Source of the DNA: Chiloscyllium plagiosum
Lineage: Eukaryota
Assembly: GCF_004010195.1 (NCBI RefSeq)
Contig: NC_057718.1
Location: 95,027,994-95,061,136, forward strand
Reading direction: 5' to 3'
DNA length: 33,143 bases
How positions within the stretch are numbered: the stretch's first letter is position 1; every line of letters starts with the position of its first letter. Below the pieces are notes generated by a model, which was given only the letters and a program-made list of their open reading frames with translations, was not told the origin of the DNA and searched no databases. Both the position numbers and the translations under genes were made by a program. Positions 22,333-32,244 of the stretch are shown here, piece by piece.

Positions 22333-22505
22333 GTAGGCTGTTTGACTTACTTTTAATAGCTGATCTCATGTTGTAGAACTGGGCTGAATATGCCCAAGTT
22401 ACAGTCACTCCCCCGGTGGACAATCCTGTCACTTGGGATGCTTCCTTGCGCCACAACATCAGCACTTCAAAATGGCGCCTCCTGCCTTTTCCTCATTTAT
22501 GACAG

Positions 22506-22622
22506 GTTTCCTGTTGCAGAGACAAATGCCTTTTGGGCCTAACTTTGGGTCAAGTTTCATCCAGGCTTTGCAGTTTGCACCAACATTTGCTTTATCCATT
22601 AGCACATTTGCTCTACCGTTAA
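22506..22622 (+). CDS. Speculative terminal exon of a divergent small ORF
   Basis: Strong acceptor cctcctgccttttcctcatttatgacag|G. The phase-0 frame is open for 38 codons, VSCCRDKCLLGLTLGQVSSRLCSLHQHLLYPLAHLLYR*, with TAA at 22620-22622. Confidence 0.18.
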   Translation, partial: VSCCRDKCLLGLTLGQVSSRLCSLHQHLLYPLAHLLYR

Positions 22623-22624
22623 TA

Positions 22625-23750
22625 GCACAGAGGCCGTTATCCTGTCACCAGGTCACTCTTTATTTACTTGGTGCACAGTGCACTGGCTGTGGCCAGCCAG
22701 CTCAGAGTCAGTCTCCTGAACTGAGGAGATTCTAAACCCCTTGTTTATATTTTGTACTTTTTTTCTAAATCTCACTGTTATATCTTTTATTTTAAGTCTC
22801 CTGGCTATAAATATTTTTTTTTCAATTCCCCACACTATTGCCTAACTGCGGTAGTGCTTACATTTTCCCCAACACCCGTGTTGTGTGCGTGCAGGTATGA
22901 GACACAGTGAAAGACAACAGGTGAATAAATCTTTATTCAATTTCCACCATCAGGAAGAAAGGAAACACCAGAGTATCCTTTGTTTTTTTTTTTAGCTGCT
23001 TGTGCATTCAGTACAGCCTGGTAAAAGAGAAAGAGAAACCCAAAAACCAAAAAAAAAACAAAAAAATGAAAACCAGAAGTCAAAATGTCTCTTCACTCAA
23101 AGACTGCTCCTCCTCTTCTTCTCCCTCCTCACAGTACACTGGCTGTGACCGGCCAGCCAGCACAGAGTCAGTCCCCTCCCTGACACAAAATGGAGAGTTG
23201 TTGATACTAATCCAGCTCCCTTAGAGCCAGCTCTGAGTGAACAGAACTTCTGGCACACCTGTATTTTCTTGTCTGACATTCCTGTTTTTTTTCTTTTTTC
23301 TTTTACAGAATCCCTGACTTTCCTTTTTTTAATGCTCATCCCTACACTACCGCCTAACTGCGCTAGTGCTTATTTATTCCCCAGCACCCATGTTGTGTGT
23401 GTGCAGGTGTGAGACACAGTGAAAGACACAAGGTTTACAAATCTTTATTCAATTTCCACCACCAGGAAGAAAGGAAACACCAAAGTATCTCTTGTTTATG
23501 TTTTTTCTTTGTTTTTACCACAGAAACCTAACATGAAATAACTCCACTGATCCAGCTTCCCCAGAGCCAGATCTCAGAGTGAACAGAACCTCAGACATCT
23601 CTCTTTATTTTTTTTTCCAGTCTCAGAGTGACAGGAGTTCTTATCCCTTGTTTATATTGATCAGCAAATGCCTCCTGATTGGCCCAGGTTAACAACCCCA
23701 ATCAAGGATCTCATAATCAATGAGATCCATTTGGTCCCAATCACTCCAAT
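22625..23750 (-). mobile_element. Probable solo LTR (Gypsy-type) with an internal duplication of about 450-500 bp
   Basis: Both ends match the LTR at 26640-26804 (AGAGGC..TATCC..TCACCA.GTCAC.CTTTATTTAC and GTTAACA.CCCCAATCA.GGA.CTCATA). The block at about 22675-23000 is repeated at about 23130-23510. Confidence 0.65.
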
Positions 23751-24599
23751 TGTCAAGTTGTATTTAGGCTGCAGTAAAACAGAGAGCATGCCCTCACGAA
23801 TGCGTATAAGCTTACCCCTCAATATTTCATCATCACACGATAGAGCTGCCTTTTATAAATTTTCAACTGTCTGTAACAAGGCCTTTGGCTGTTCTGTATC
23901 ATGTTCTAGGTGCGTTCATGAATGAAATCCTTGAGACTAAGGTAAGCATCAAAGGCTTCTAGGACTGACTGAAAATCCACCCAGCACTCATCAGCACCTC
24001 GCCTGTTCATGGTCTCTTCAGCAATAAGGCCCAATTTGTCTAAGAAAATACTGATCTGGGGCCTGGAGCTGATTCAACTGGAGATCTGCGGCCACTTGTG
24101 GAACTGCACTTTCCCACCTAAGTGCATGTATCACATCATCGGTAGAACCAAAGGGCTTTGGAAGTGGCCAGGATTGGTGATCTGACGCAGACACTATCAC
24201 TTCAGAATGCACTTCCCTTCAGGTCAGTGTTCAACCATTTCACTTGGAGTTAATATACTCCAAAAATCCTCTAAGGATTTTTGACTTGTGATCCACCCTT
24301 GCCATGTGGTTATTCAATGTTGTCTTGTGGCTGTTCAGATTCCTCAAAAGAAAACAACTTAATCAACTCTGTTGGTGCTATTACTTTACAATATGAGTTC
24401 TTTAGAGTCAGCTCTGAGCTGACTTCTAGTTTCCTTTTAAATGAGGTTTATTAACCTTCCAGGTATTCCAGATTTTACCATTCCAGGTGCAATGTCCCTT
24501 TGCAATACAGAGATAAGAACGTTCTTAGCTGTTGGGATTCCCACCTTCTAGCAGGGTATTAGGACACGTCTTGATCAATTGGGTCAATGGGTTGATGAG

Positions 24600-24948
24600 T
24601 TGTTTATAAAATAATGAGGGGTGTAGATAAGGTGAAAGGCGGGTGTCTTTTTCCCTCAGATTTCAAGACTCAAGGGCATATTTTTAAAGTGAAAAGTGAA
24701 AGATTTAAAGAAGGTGTGAGGGGAAATCTTTTTGCAGAGAGTGGTTTGTGTGTGGAATGAGCTTCCAGAGAAAGTGATGGATGCAGGTACAGTTACAACA
24801 CTTAAAAGACAGTTAAATAATTACATGAATAAGAAATATTTGGAGTGATATGGGCCAAGCACAGGCAGATGGAACTAGTTTAGTTTGGGATTATGTTCAG
24901 CATGGCTGGACCAAAGAGTCTGTTTCAGTCATCTATGACTCTATGACT
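24600..24948 (+). mobile_element. CR1 LINE 3' fragment
   Basis: GTTTATAAAATAATGAGGGG...TGGAATGAGCTTCCAGAG...ACTAGTTTAGTTTGGGATT...(CTATGACT)2 tail. Confidence 0.88.
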
Positions 24949-25250
24949 ACCGAGGGAACAGTTACATCACAACTTAGCACACAGGCTTAAACATATTCAC
25001 TAAACCTTCTCTGTATGGTCTTTGCCTGAAAGTTTTTGAATCACCATCAGATTCTGTAGCAGACACCATCACAGGAGTGTCACAGAAGGGTCAGAATCCT
25101 GAATTCCCTCCCTCATGGTATTGTGGATCAACCCACTGCAAGTGAAATGCAGCGGTTCGAGAATGCAGCTCACCATCACATTCTCCGGGTAATTAGGGAG
25201 GCCCACATCCCACAAAATCAATAAATTAAAAACAATATGATGTTAGACAT

Positions 25251-25810
25251 ATTGGGGAGGCAGGCCGCCTACTTGCGGAACATTTCAGAGAACACCTCTG
25301 GGACACCCGGACCAACCAACCCAACCACCCCGTGGCTCAACACTTCAACTCCCCCTCCCACTCCACCAAGCACATGCAGGTCCTTGGACTCCTCCATCGC
25401 CAGACCATAGCAACACAACGGTTGGAGGACGAGCGCCTCATCTTCTGCCTGGGAACCCTCCAACCACAAGGGATGAACTCAGATTTCTCCAGTTTCCTCA
25501 TTTCCCCTCCCACCACCTTGTCTCAGTCAAATCCCTCGAACTCAGCACCGCCTTCCTAACCTGCAATCTTCTTCCTGACCTCTCCGCCCCCACCCCTACT
25601 CCGGCCTATCACCCTCACCTTGACCTCCTTCCACCTATCGCATTTCCAACGCCCATCCCCCAAGTCCCCCCTCCCTACCTTTTATCTTAGCCTGCTGGAC
25701 ACACTTTCCTCATTCCTGAAGAAGGGCTCATGCCTGAAACGTCGATTCTTCTGCTCCTTGGATGCTGCCTGACCTGCTGCGCTGTTCCAGCAACACATTT
25801 TCAGCTCTGG
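25251..25810 (+). mobile_element. Penelope-like element 3' fragment (GIY-YIG C-terminal half plus terminus) with a 10-bp TSD
   Basis: Encodes IGEAGRLLAEHFREH...HPVAQHFNSPSHS...RLEDERLIFCLGTLQPQGMN. TGTTAGACAT occurs at 25241-25250 and 25811-25820. Confidence 0.92.
25711..25748 (+). ncRNA. Minimal hammerhead ribozyme motif, intact core
   Basis: CATTC-CTGAAGA(25716-25722)-AGGGC TCAT GCCT-GAAA(25736-25739)-C-GTC-GATTC. Confidence 0.7.
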
Positions 25811-26629
25811 TGTTAGACATGTCCCTTGTACTGTATCTGGGATCTGAGTGTCATCCCGCAGGTCCACCTGACACTCTTGGCTGGACCCAGATGCTGAGGC
25901 TCTTGGATACTACCTACCAAAGCTCCCTCCAAACAGTCCCCAAAATGCTGAAGGTGAAGTCTCAAAATATCCACAAGGGGGCTCACTGCCTGTTTCAGGA
26001 AGTCTCCCTGTCAGCAGACAAGCAGTGTAGCTGATCGTGGTTCTGCCATCTGCTCAGTTAATGGTGAAATGTGTCAAATCCTTCCATGCATGCGGCTCTG
26101 AAGAATAATATTGAACTTCACCATGACCCTTCCATCTGTTTTAATTACTGTAAGGCACATTTCAAAACTGCCATGTGACGACAATGCAGATCTCGCCTCT
26201 GAGATCTGCTGTGTTTTCTCTCTTTGCTCGTTCATTCAGGGAATGTGGCTGTCACCAGCAAGACTGGCATTTATTATCCGTTCCTAATCAGCTTTCAGAG
26301 GTTGACATTGAGCTGCCAAGTTTCACTGTGTGGGTGCAATCCCAGGCATTTCAGCTGCAATGTCTCTTTGCAATTCAGGAGAAATGTCTGTAAACTGGTT
26401 AGGAACTAAGACACCTTTCAGGTCACTACCAACATCCCAAGAAAGAGGTGACTGAAAATAAACTGTTTTTAGCTGAAATATAGTTGTGGTATTTTGATGG
26501 ATGTAATTCAAAATTCTGGCTTTGGATTCTATTCACAAGAACAGGAAGTTCTTGAATCATTTCTTACCGGCCTAGTTAGTTACCTTGCATTTCTTGTCTT
26601 TGAGAATTAGTGCAAAACAAAGGATAATG

Positions 26630-28420
26630 AGACTTCTGGAATAACTCCACAGAGGCAGTATCCCATCACCAAGTCACCCTTTATTTACACATGAACAGGC
26701 CTTGGCGATAGTACTGCCTCATTCAGAGTCAGCTACTGCGTTAACAGCCCCAATCAGGGAACTCATATTCTATACACCTGGCTGACCCCATTACACTCAC
26801 TACATCCCTCCCACTCTGAGTCTGAGGAGATAGGTCAGTCCTTTTTCTTGGAGACCCTCCTGGGGTGTTTTAGCACCAGGTCAGGTTCCTCTGTCTCTGT
26901 GTTGCATACCGACAGCGTGTAACACATGGGAGTTCGCCTCTTGCACCTAGAGGGCCTCTGGAGAATTTCGTTCCCTTCTTTCGGTAGCAAAGACATCAAG
27001 GTGGCTACACATCCATCATGTCCACCTCGGATTCTGAGCACTCGACAACATTTGAGGTAGAGGGTGAAGCCAGAGGTTCCTGCAGCCTTTCCAAATGTTC
27101 CGAGGGTCAGGACACATTTTGCGCCAACACTGTTGGCAAATTCATAGCTTTCATACGGTCCACATCCTTGTTCAGCACCACCATGCCTTCATGAAGTTTA
27201 AACATCACTGACCGTGACCTTGCATCAACCATTCCTCTTACCATCACTAGGCCATTTCCATGATTCACACCACAAACTTCAGCCCCAATATCAAACTCTC
27301 TCTCTCACACTTGGCAGAGTCCTGTTTCTGATATTACCATTCCTGATGCCGTAATACCTTCACCCCCAGGTCCGTGAATATCAGACTTAACCTGATGGCA
27401 ATTCATCTACCTTAGCAACTCTGTCAGTGCTATCCTTGTAGTTACATGTGGAATGGTCCTATAATCAAAAAGGAACCGGGACAGTTTAGTATCTAGGGAT
27501 AGTTTGGTATCTCGGGTCAGTTTGGTACCTGGGGACAGTTTGGTATCTCAGGTCACTTTGGTATCCAGGGAGAGTTTGGTACCTAGGGACATTTTGGTAC
27601 GTAGGGAAAGTTTAGTACCAAGGGTCAGTTTGGTACCTGGGTCATTTTGGTACCGAGGGACAGTTTGGTATCTCAGGACAGTTTGGTATCTCGGGACAGT
27701 TTGGTACCGAGGGACAAATTGGTATCTAGGGAGGCTGTAAGTTGTTTCTTCACTCCAGCCTTCAAAGTTTGGACTGCTCTTTCTGCCAAGCCATTGGATG
27801 ATGGGAGGTATGGAGTTGTCCTTATATGTCGAATCCCATTCAACTTCAAGACATAATCAAACTCCCTGCTGGTAGACAGTGGCCTGTTATCTGTGACCAA
27901 TACTTTCAGGTCTCCATAAGTTGAAAAAGATGTTTCTTCTATCATCATCCCAGTGTTTGACAAATGGACCTTGTGTACGTCCAACCACTTTGAGTGGGCA
28001 CCTACAATGACTAAGAGCATTGAACCCACAAAAGAACCTGCATAGTTGATGTACAACTGAGTCTAGTATTTACCCAGCCATTCCCATAGATGTGGGGCAG
28101 CTCCTGACTGTAAATTTTGTCTTTGTTGGCACTCAGGACACTGCCCCACCAAGGCAGCCAAGTCTGCATCCAAGCTTGGCCATCAGACATCACTCCTCAC
28201 CATTTTGGAGATCTCTAGATGCCCCTGGTGGAGTTCAGCCAGTTTTTGACCCAGACCTCCCAGCTCAGAGGCAGGGTCACTACCACTGTGCCACAAGAGG
28301 CCACAAAAGTGTTAGAAAACAACAACAAAGAGCCACACGTCAGCCAGAATCACAATAAATGGATCGCATGACTAACTTTGTCATCCTCTAGTATTATGCC
28401 ATTGGGAATACTTAAGTGTT
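26630..28420 (-). mobile_element. Gypsy LTR retrotransposon remnant: integrase, polypurine tract and 3' LTR
   Basis: ORF 27673..28056 reads INYAGSF..SMLLVIVGAHSKWLDV...VLVTDN...NGIRHIRTTPYLPSSNGLAERAVQTLK (rve core), continuing as LSRFLFDYRTIPHVTT after the minisatellite. On the minus strand the PPT GGGAGGGA directly precedes TGTAGTGAG (LTR start at 26804). Confidence 0.92.
27478..27732. repeat. 18-bp minisatellite, 14 units, consensus GGGACAGTTTGGTA(T/C)C(T/G)N
   Basis: Units counted directly from 27478. One unit (27622-27638) is 17 bp. Confidence 0.97.
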
Positions 28421-28789
28421 GCAAACCTTTCAGTTGTATGCTGTGATTGAAATATGTGCCCCAAAAATGTCCATGATGCAAAAGAGGGCTGGAGCATTTC
28501 TTAACTTCAATCTCAGATGGAGAAGAAGTAAAGATGGGACAGGCTTTAACAAACAGTGCATTAAGTAAAAATACATAGTGTCCAGTAGTTTCACCCTGCC
28601 TGATTCTTCCAAAGTAGACTGCATTATTATCATTTCCCTGCTCTGGGTGTCTTTGATCAAGGAGAGCTGGAAGCTATACTGCTGCAAACTAGTGAACATT
28701 TATTGTCTGCTTACAAAGTAGAGTGTGGCAGGGCTTCATCAAAACTTTTCTCTCTCAGGTTCCGGCTATATGTGACCTGACCTTTGTAA

Positions 28790-29120
28790 ATTCATCCCTG
28801 GGATGTGGATATCCTTGGCTGGGCCAGAATTTACTACTCACCCCTAATTATCCTTCAACTGAGTGACTCGCTATCCCATTTCAGACAGCAGTGAAGAGCC
28901 AACCACATTGCAGTGGGTCCGGAGTCACGTGCAGGCCAGACCAGGTAAGGGTGACAGATTTCCTTCCGTAAATGGGGTTAGTGACCATCCACAGTAGTCA
29001 TATAGTCAACTTAAGGCTGCTTTTTGCGGAATTCTGACACCAAGGTTGGCTTTGAACCCTTGTCCCCACAGTGTAAGTCTCAGTCTCTGGAGTACTAGTC
29101 TCGCAATGTTGCCACAATGC
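28790..29120 (-). mobile_element. L2/CR1-group tail or related SINE, degenerate
   Basis: GGGATGTGGATATCCTTGGCTGGGCCAGAATTTA...CCCTAATT is the reverse of the tail at 20430-20497. Confidence 0.55.
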
Positions 29121-29251
29121 CCCTATTTGTCCTTCATCTGACCTCACTGACCCGATATATCTCATGATTTGGAGATGCCGGTGTTGGACTGGGGTGTACA
29201 AAGTTAAAAATCACTCAACACCAGGTTATAGTCCAACAGGTTTAATTGGAA

Positions 29252-29289
29252 GCACTAGCTTTCGGAGCGACGCTTCTTCATCAAGTGAT
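29252..29289 (-). ncRNA. Minimal hammerhead motif of a different PLE family, with one core mutation
   Basis: The minus strand reads CAC-TTGATGA-AGAAGC GTC GCTCC-GAAA-G-CTA-GTG. Helix I is CAC/GTG and the site is CUA. C3 has been replaced by T. Confidence 0.6.
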
Positions 29290-29663
29290 AGTTGAGGGCT
29301 CAATCGTAACACACAGAATTTATAGCAAAAATTTACAGTGTGAAGTAACTGAAATTATACATTGAAAAATTGATTGTTAAGTCTTTCAGCTGTTTGAATA
29401 CCATGAAATTTTCACTTCTTTCATGTGTAAATCACCAAACCTTTTTTTAAAAATTGCATTCTCAGGTTAGCTGTTAACAATGGGTGATAGCTAGACAATA
29501 TGTTGAAGGTGTTAACCCCTGTGTTCTCTGTCTATGCCATGAAGTTTAGATTGATTCTAATCTAAAAAATGAGATAACAGAGTTTTACATGAATTCATGT
29601 AAAACATGAGTTTTTGAGCAAAGTACAATGTAACCCTGCAAGTACAAATTCACCCCACAAAAT

Positions 29664-29930
29664 ATATGTGTGCATGTGGGTCTTTGTGTGTGTGTCTGTC
29701 TGTTTGGGTTGGGGGTGAGAGTGTGAGAAAGTGTATGTGTGTGTGTGTACTAAGTGTGGAGTGTCTTAAGTCTGTGAGGGGGTGCATGTGTGAGTGTGGG
29801 AGTGTGTGTATCTGTAAGGGTGTGTGTGGGTGTCTGTGTGCGCATTTGTGTATATGTGTGTCCGTGTGTATGCGTGTATAGGAGTGTGTGTGTGTGTGTG
29901 TGTGTGTAGGAGTATCTGTGTGTGTGTATA
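29664..29930. repeat. Degenerate (TG)n microsatellite region with a pure run at about 29884-29906
   Basis: Directly visible. Confidence 0.95.
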
Positions 29931-30796
29931 GTGCAATGGTGGTCATCTGTAGCGTTACATGAACCCAAGGTCCCGGTTGAGGCCCTCCCTATGGGTACCA
30001 AATTTAGCTATCAGCCTCTGCTCGGCCACTTTTCGCTGCTGCGTGTCCTGAAGTCGGCCTTGGAGGATGGTCACCCGAAGGTCCGAGGTCGAATGTCCTG
30101 GACCACTGCAGTGTTCTCCAACTGGGAGGGAACACTCCTGTCTGTTGATTGTTGTGCAGTGCCCATTCATCCGTTGTTGTAGCCTTTGCTCAGTTTCCCC
30201 AATGTACCATACCTCAGAGCATCCTTGCCTGCAATGTATAAGATAGACAATGTTGGCTGAGTCACATGAGTACCTGCCACATACATGATGGTGGTAATGG
30301 TGGTATCCACATCCACACTCTGATACGTCTTGCAGCGCCTACCGTGACAGGGTTGTATGGAGTTGTCCTGAAAGCTGGGCTGCTTGCTACAAACAATGAT
30401 CTGTTTGAGGTTTGGCGGTTGTTTAAAGGCAAGTAGTGGAGGTGTGTGGAAGGTCTTGGTGAGGTGCTCATCCTCAATGATAATGTGTTGCAGGTCATGA
30501 GGAACATGGTGTAATTTTTCAGCTCCTGGGAAATACTGAACAACAGAGGGTATCCTGTCGGTTGCAGCACGTGTCTGTCTCCTGAGGAGGTCATTACGGT
30601 TCCTTGCTGTGGCACGTCGGAACTGGCGGTCGATGAGTTGGGCATTGTACCCCATTCTTGTGAGGGCATCCCTGAGTACTTCCAGGTGCCCGTCACGTTC
30701 CTCCTCATCTGTGCAGATCCGGTGTATGCGTAGGGCTTATCCATAGGGGATGGCTGTTTTAATATGTTTTGGATGGAAGTATTTCCCAGGAGCTGG

Positions 30797-30935
30797 TGAA
30801 TTGGCCATGCTAAATTGCCCATAGTGTTCGGTGCATTAGTCAGAGGGAAATGGGTCTGGGTGAGTTACTCTTTGGAGGGTCAGTGGACTGGTTGGGGTGA
30901 AGGGCCTGTTTCCACACTGTAGGGAATCTAATCTT
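30797..30935 (+). mobile_element. HE1-type SINE 3' half
   Basis: TGAATTGGCCATGCTAAATTGCCCATAGTG...GAAGGGCCTGTTTCCACACTGTAGGGAATCTAATCT. Confidence 0.85.
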
Positions 30936-31139
30936 ATTGAGTTAATTCAATTGCAATTGGCCAATGGAAGAAGACTGAAAGGAACATGGGCTTCTCTGCT
31001 TGATAAAATGCAGTGTTCATAGTGATGGCATCCTGAAAACCAGTGACCTCCCTCCCATTGCACTGAAACATAGCGTGAATCTGGCCTCGCACCCTTAGTG
31101 GAATACTTCCTGTGCCATGACATTGATGGAAGACGGTTG

Positions 31140-31500
31140 GAAAACTTTAGCCTTCAGTCATGGTGTGGCCACTAACTCCTGCTCCTGAGTCAAGTTTCAA
31201 CTTTGTGTGCCAGCCATTAAGCATGACATGTACATACCAAAAATCCTCCGGTGGATCCATTGTGTCCAGGGTGATGGTGACCCTCATACCTGTTGACTGT
31301 TTTGTTGCTGGCGCATTAGCAGCATTGACAAACTGGACTGAGTCAGAGTGGACAGTCTGGTCCCACACACCCTCTCTATCCTTCCAGCTGAATAGCTTGT
31401 TCAGTTTGTGAAGTTCAGCCTGCCTGGTAAACAGCCTTGGCCAACATAAGGTCCTTTTTAGACTGCAGGAATTCTGATAAAGTTTCCTCCAACATCCTCA
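31140..31500 (-). mobile_element. Gypsy gag-protease remnant
   Basis: ORF 31147..31368 reads WYVHVMLNGWHTKLKLDSGAGVS, a retropepsin D-S/T-G motif in a typical context. Confidence 0.7.
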
Positions 31501-31905
31501 CTCTGATACGATCTCTCTTGAGCTCCTCTGTCAATGTCCAATATTCGTGATGTGGCATAGTAACTTTATAAAGAAATAAATGTTTTCACTGGGTGCACCA
31601 TGGTGAATTGTGCCTAATCTATTGTAGTGCCATGTTGAAAACTAAAGTCTGAAATAAAAGCTTTGAGGGCTTCTTTGTAGTTGGCACGTTCATCATTGAT
31701 GCAAATAAGAATGACAAAATGCTGCTGATTGTCTTCTTTAACAAGACCCCCGACAGGCATGGCCTCCAATTTCATAAAATTGATTTTATACCCCGAGACA
31801 GAACCAAATAGATTGATCACTTGTATTAAACGGGGCACAGATATCGTTGGGTTTGTTAGAAAGAGAAGAACATCATCTACATAAAGGGTGATCTTATGCC
31901 CTCCT

Positions 31906-32106
31906 GAGTCTAGATTATGGTGGTGCTGGAAAAGCACCATTCCTGATGAAGGGCTTTTGCCCAAAACATCGATGTTCCTGCTCCTCAGATGCTACCTGAC
32001 CTTCTGTGCTTTTCCAGCACAGCCCTTCATCAGGAATGGTGCTTTTCCAGCACCACTCCAATCTAGACTCTGGTTTCCAGCATCTGCAATGCTCACTTTT
32101 GCCTGA
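31906..32106. mobile_element. Rearranged palindromic PLE-derived short element
   Basis: GAGTCTAGATT..GTGGTGCTGGAAAAGCACCATTCCTGATGAAGGGC and its reverse complement GCCCTTCATCAGGAATGGTGCTTTTCCAGCACCAC..AATCTAGACTC. Hammerhead CTGATGA is at 31943-31949, with GAAA decayed to AAAA. Confidence 0.88.
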
Positions 32107-32244
32107 GGAGAAAGTGAGGTCTGCAGATGCTGGAGATCAGAGATGGAAATGTGTTCCTGAAGAAGGGCTAATGCCCGAAACGTCGATTCTCCTGTTCCCT
32201 AGATGCTGCCTGACCTGCTGCGCTTTTCCAGCAACACATTTCCA
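32107..32244 (+). mobile_element. Young PLE-derived short insertion with a perfect 14-bp TSD
   Basis: TCACTTTTGCCTGA occurs at 32093-32106 and 32245-32258. The body is essentially identical to 19710-19822 and has an inverted copy of the 3' end at its 5' side. Confidence 0.92.
32153..32190 (+). ncRNA. Minimal hammerhead ribozyme motif, intact core
   Basis: TTC-CTGAAGA(32157-32163)-AGGGC TAAT GCCC-GAAA(32177-32180)-C-GTC-GATTC. Confidence 0.7.

Larger units (their letters stand above)
29160..30785 (-). mobile_element. Penelope-like element: RT C-terminus, linker, GIY-YIG endonuclease, (CA)n 3' region and terminus
   Basis: MGYNAQLIDRQFRRA...PPLLAFKQPPNLKQI...PCHGRRCKT, then after a frameshift YSCDSANIVYLIHCRQGCSEVWYIGETEQRLQQRMNGH...PVGEH...EQRLIAKFGTHREGLNRDLG. 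Confidence 0.95.

Noticed and set aside
22468..22480. YY1-like AAAATGGCG motif (also AAAATGGCAG at about 17983)
   Set aside because: These are single short motifs without a CpG-island context, which is not enough to call a regulatory element.
21770..22490. Minus-strand two-exon model (donor AAA|GTAAGT at 22350, acceptor ttctcgtag at about 21838; ...SAIKTLRSKEDFVMEYSVARSCTRGL*)
   Set aside because: The upstream piece has an in-frame TGA and no polypyrimidine acceptor, there is no recognisable homology, and no supporting upstream exons were found.
27478..27732. Regularly spaced repeats resembling a CRISPR array
   Set aside because: The units are contiguous with no unique spacers, they derive from integrase codons, and the DNA is eukaryotic with no cas genes.
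28430..28699. 89-aa minus-strand ORF in non-repeat-looking DNA
   Set aside because: It has no recognisable motif or convincing splice signals, and its length is within chance expectation.
29650..30001. His/Thr-rich and Cys/Val-rich ORFs
   Set aside because: They are translations of the (TG)n/(CA)n microsatellite.
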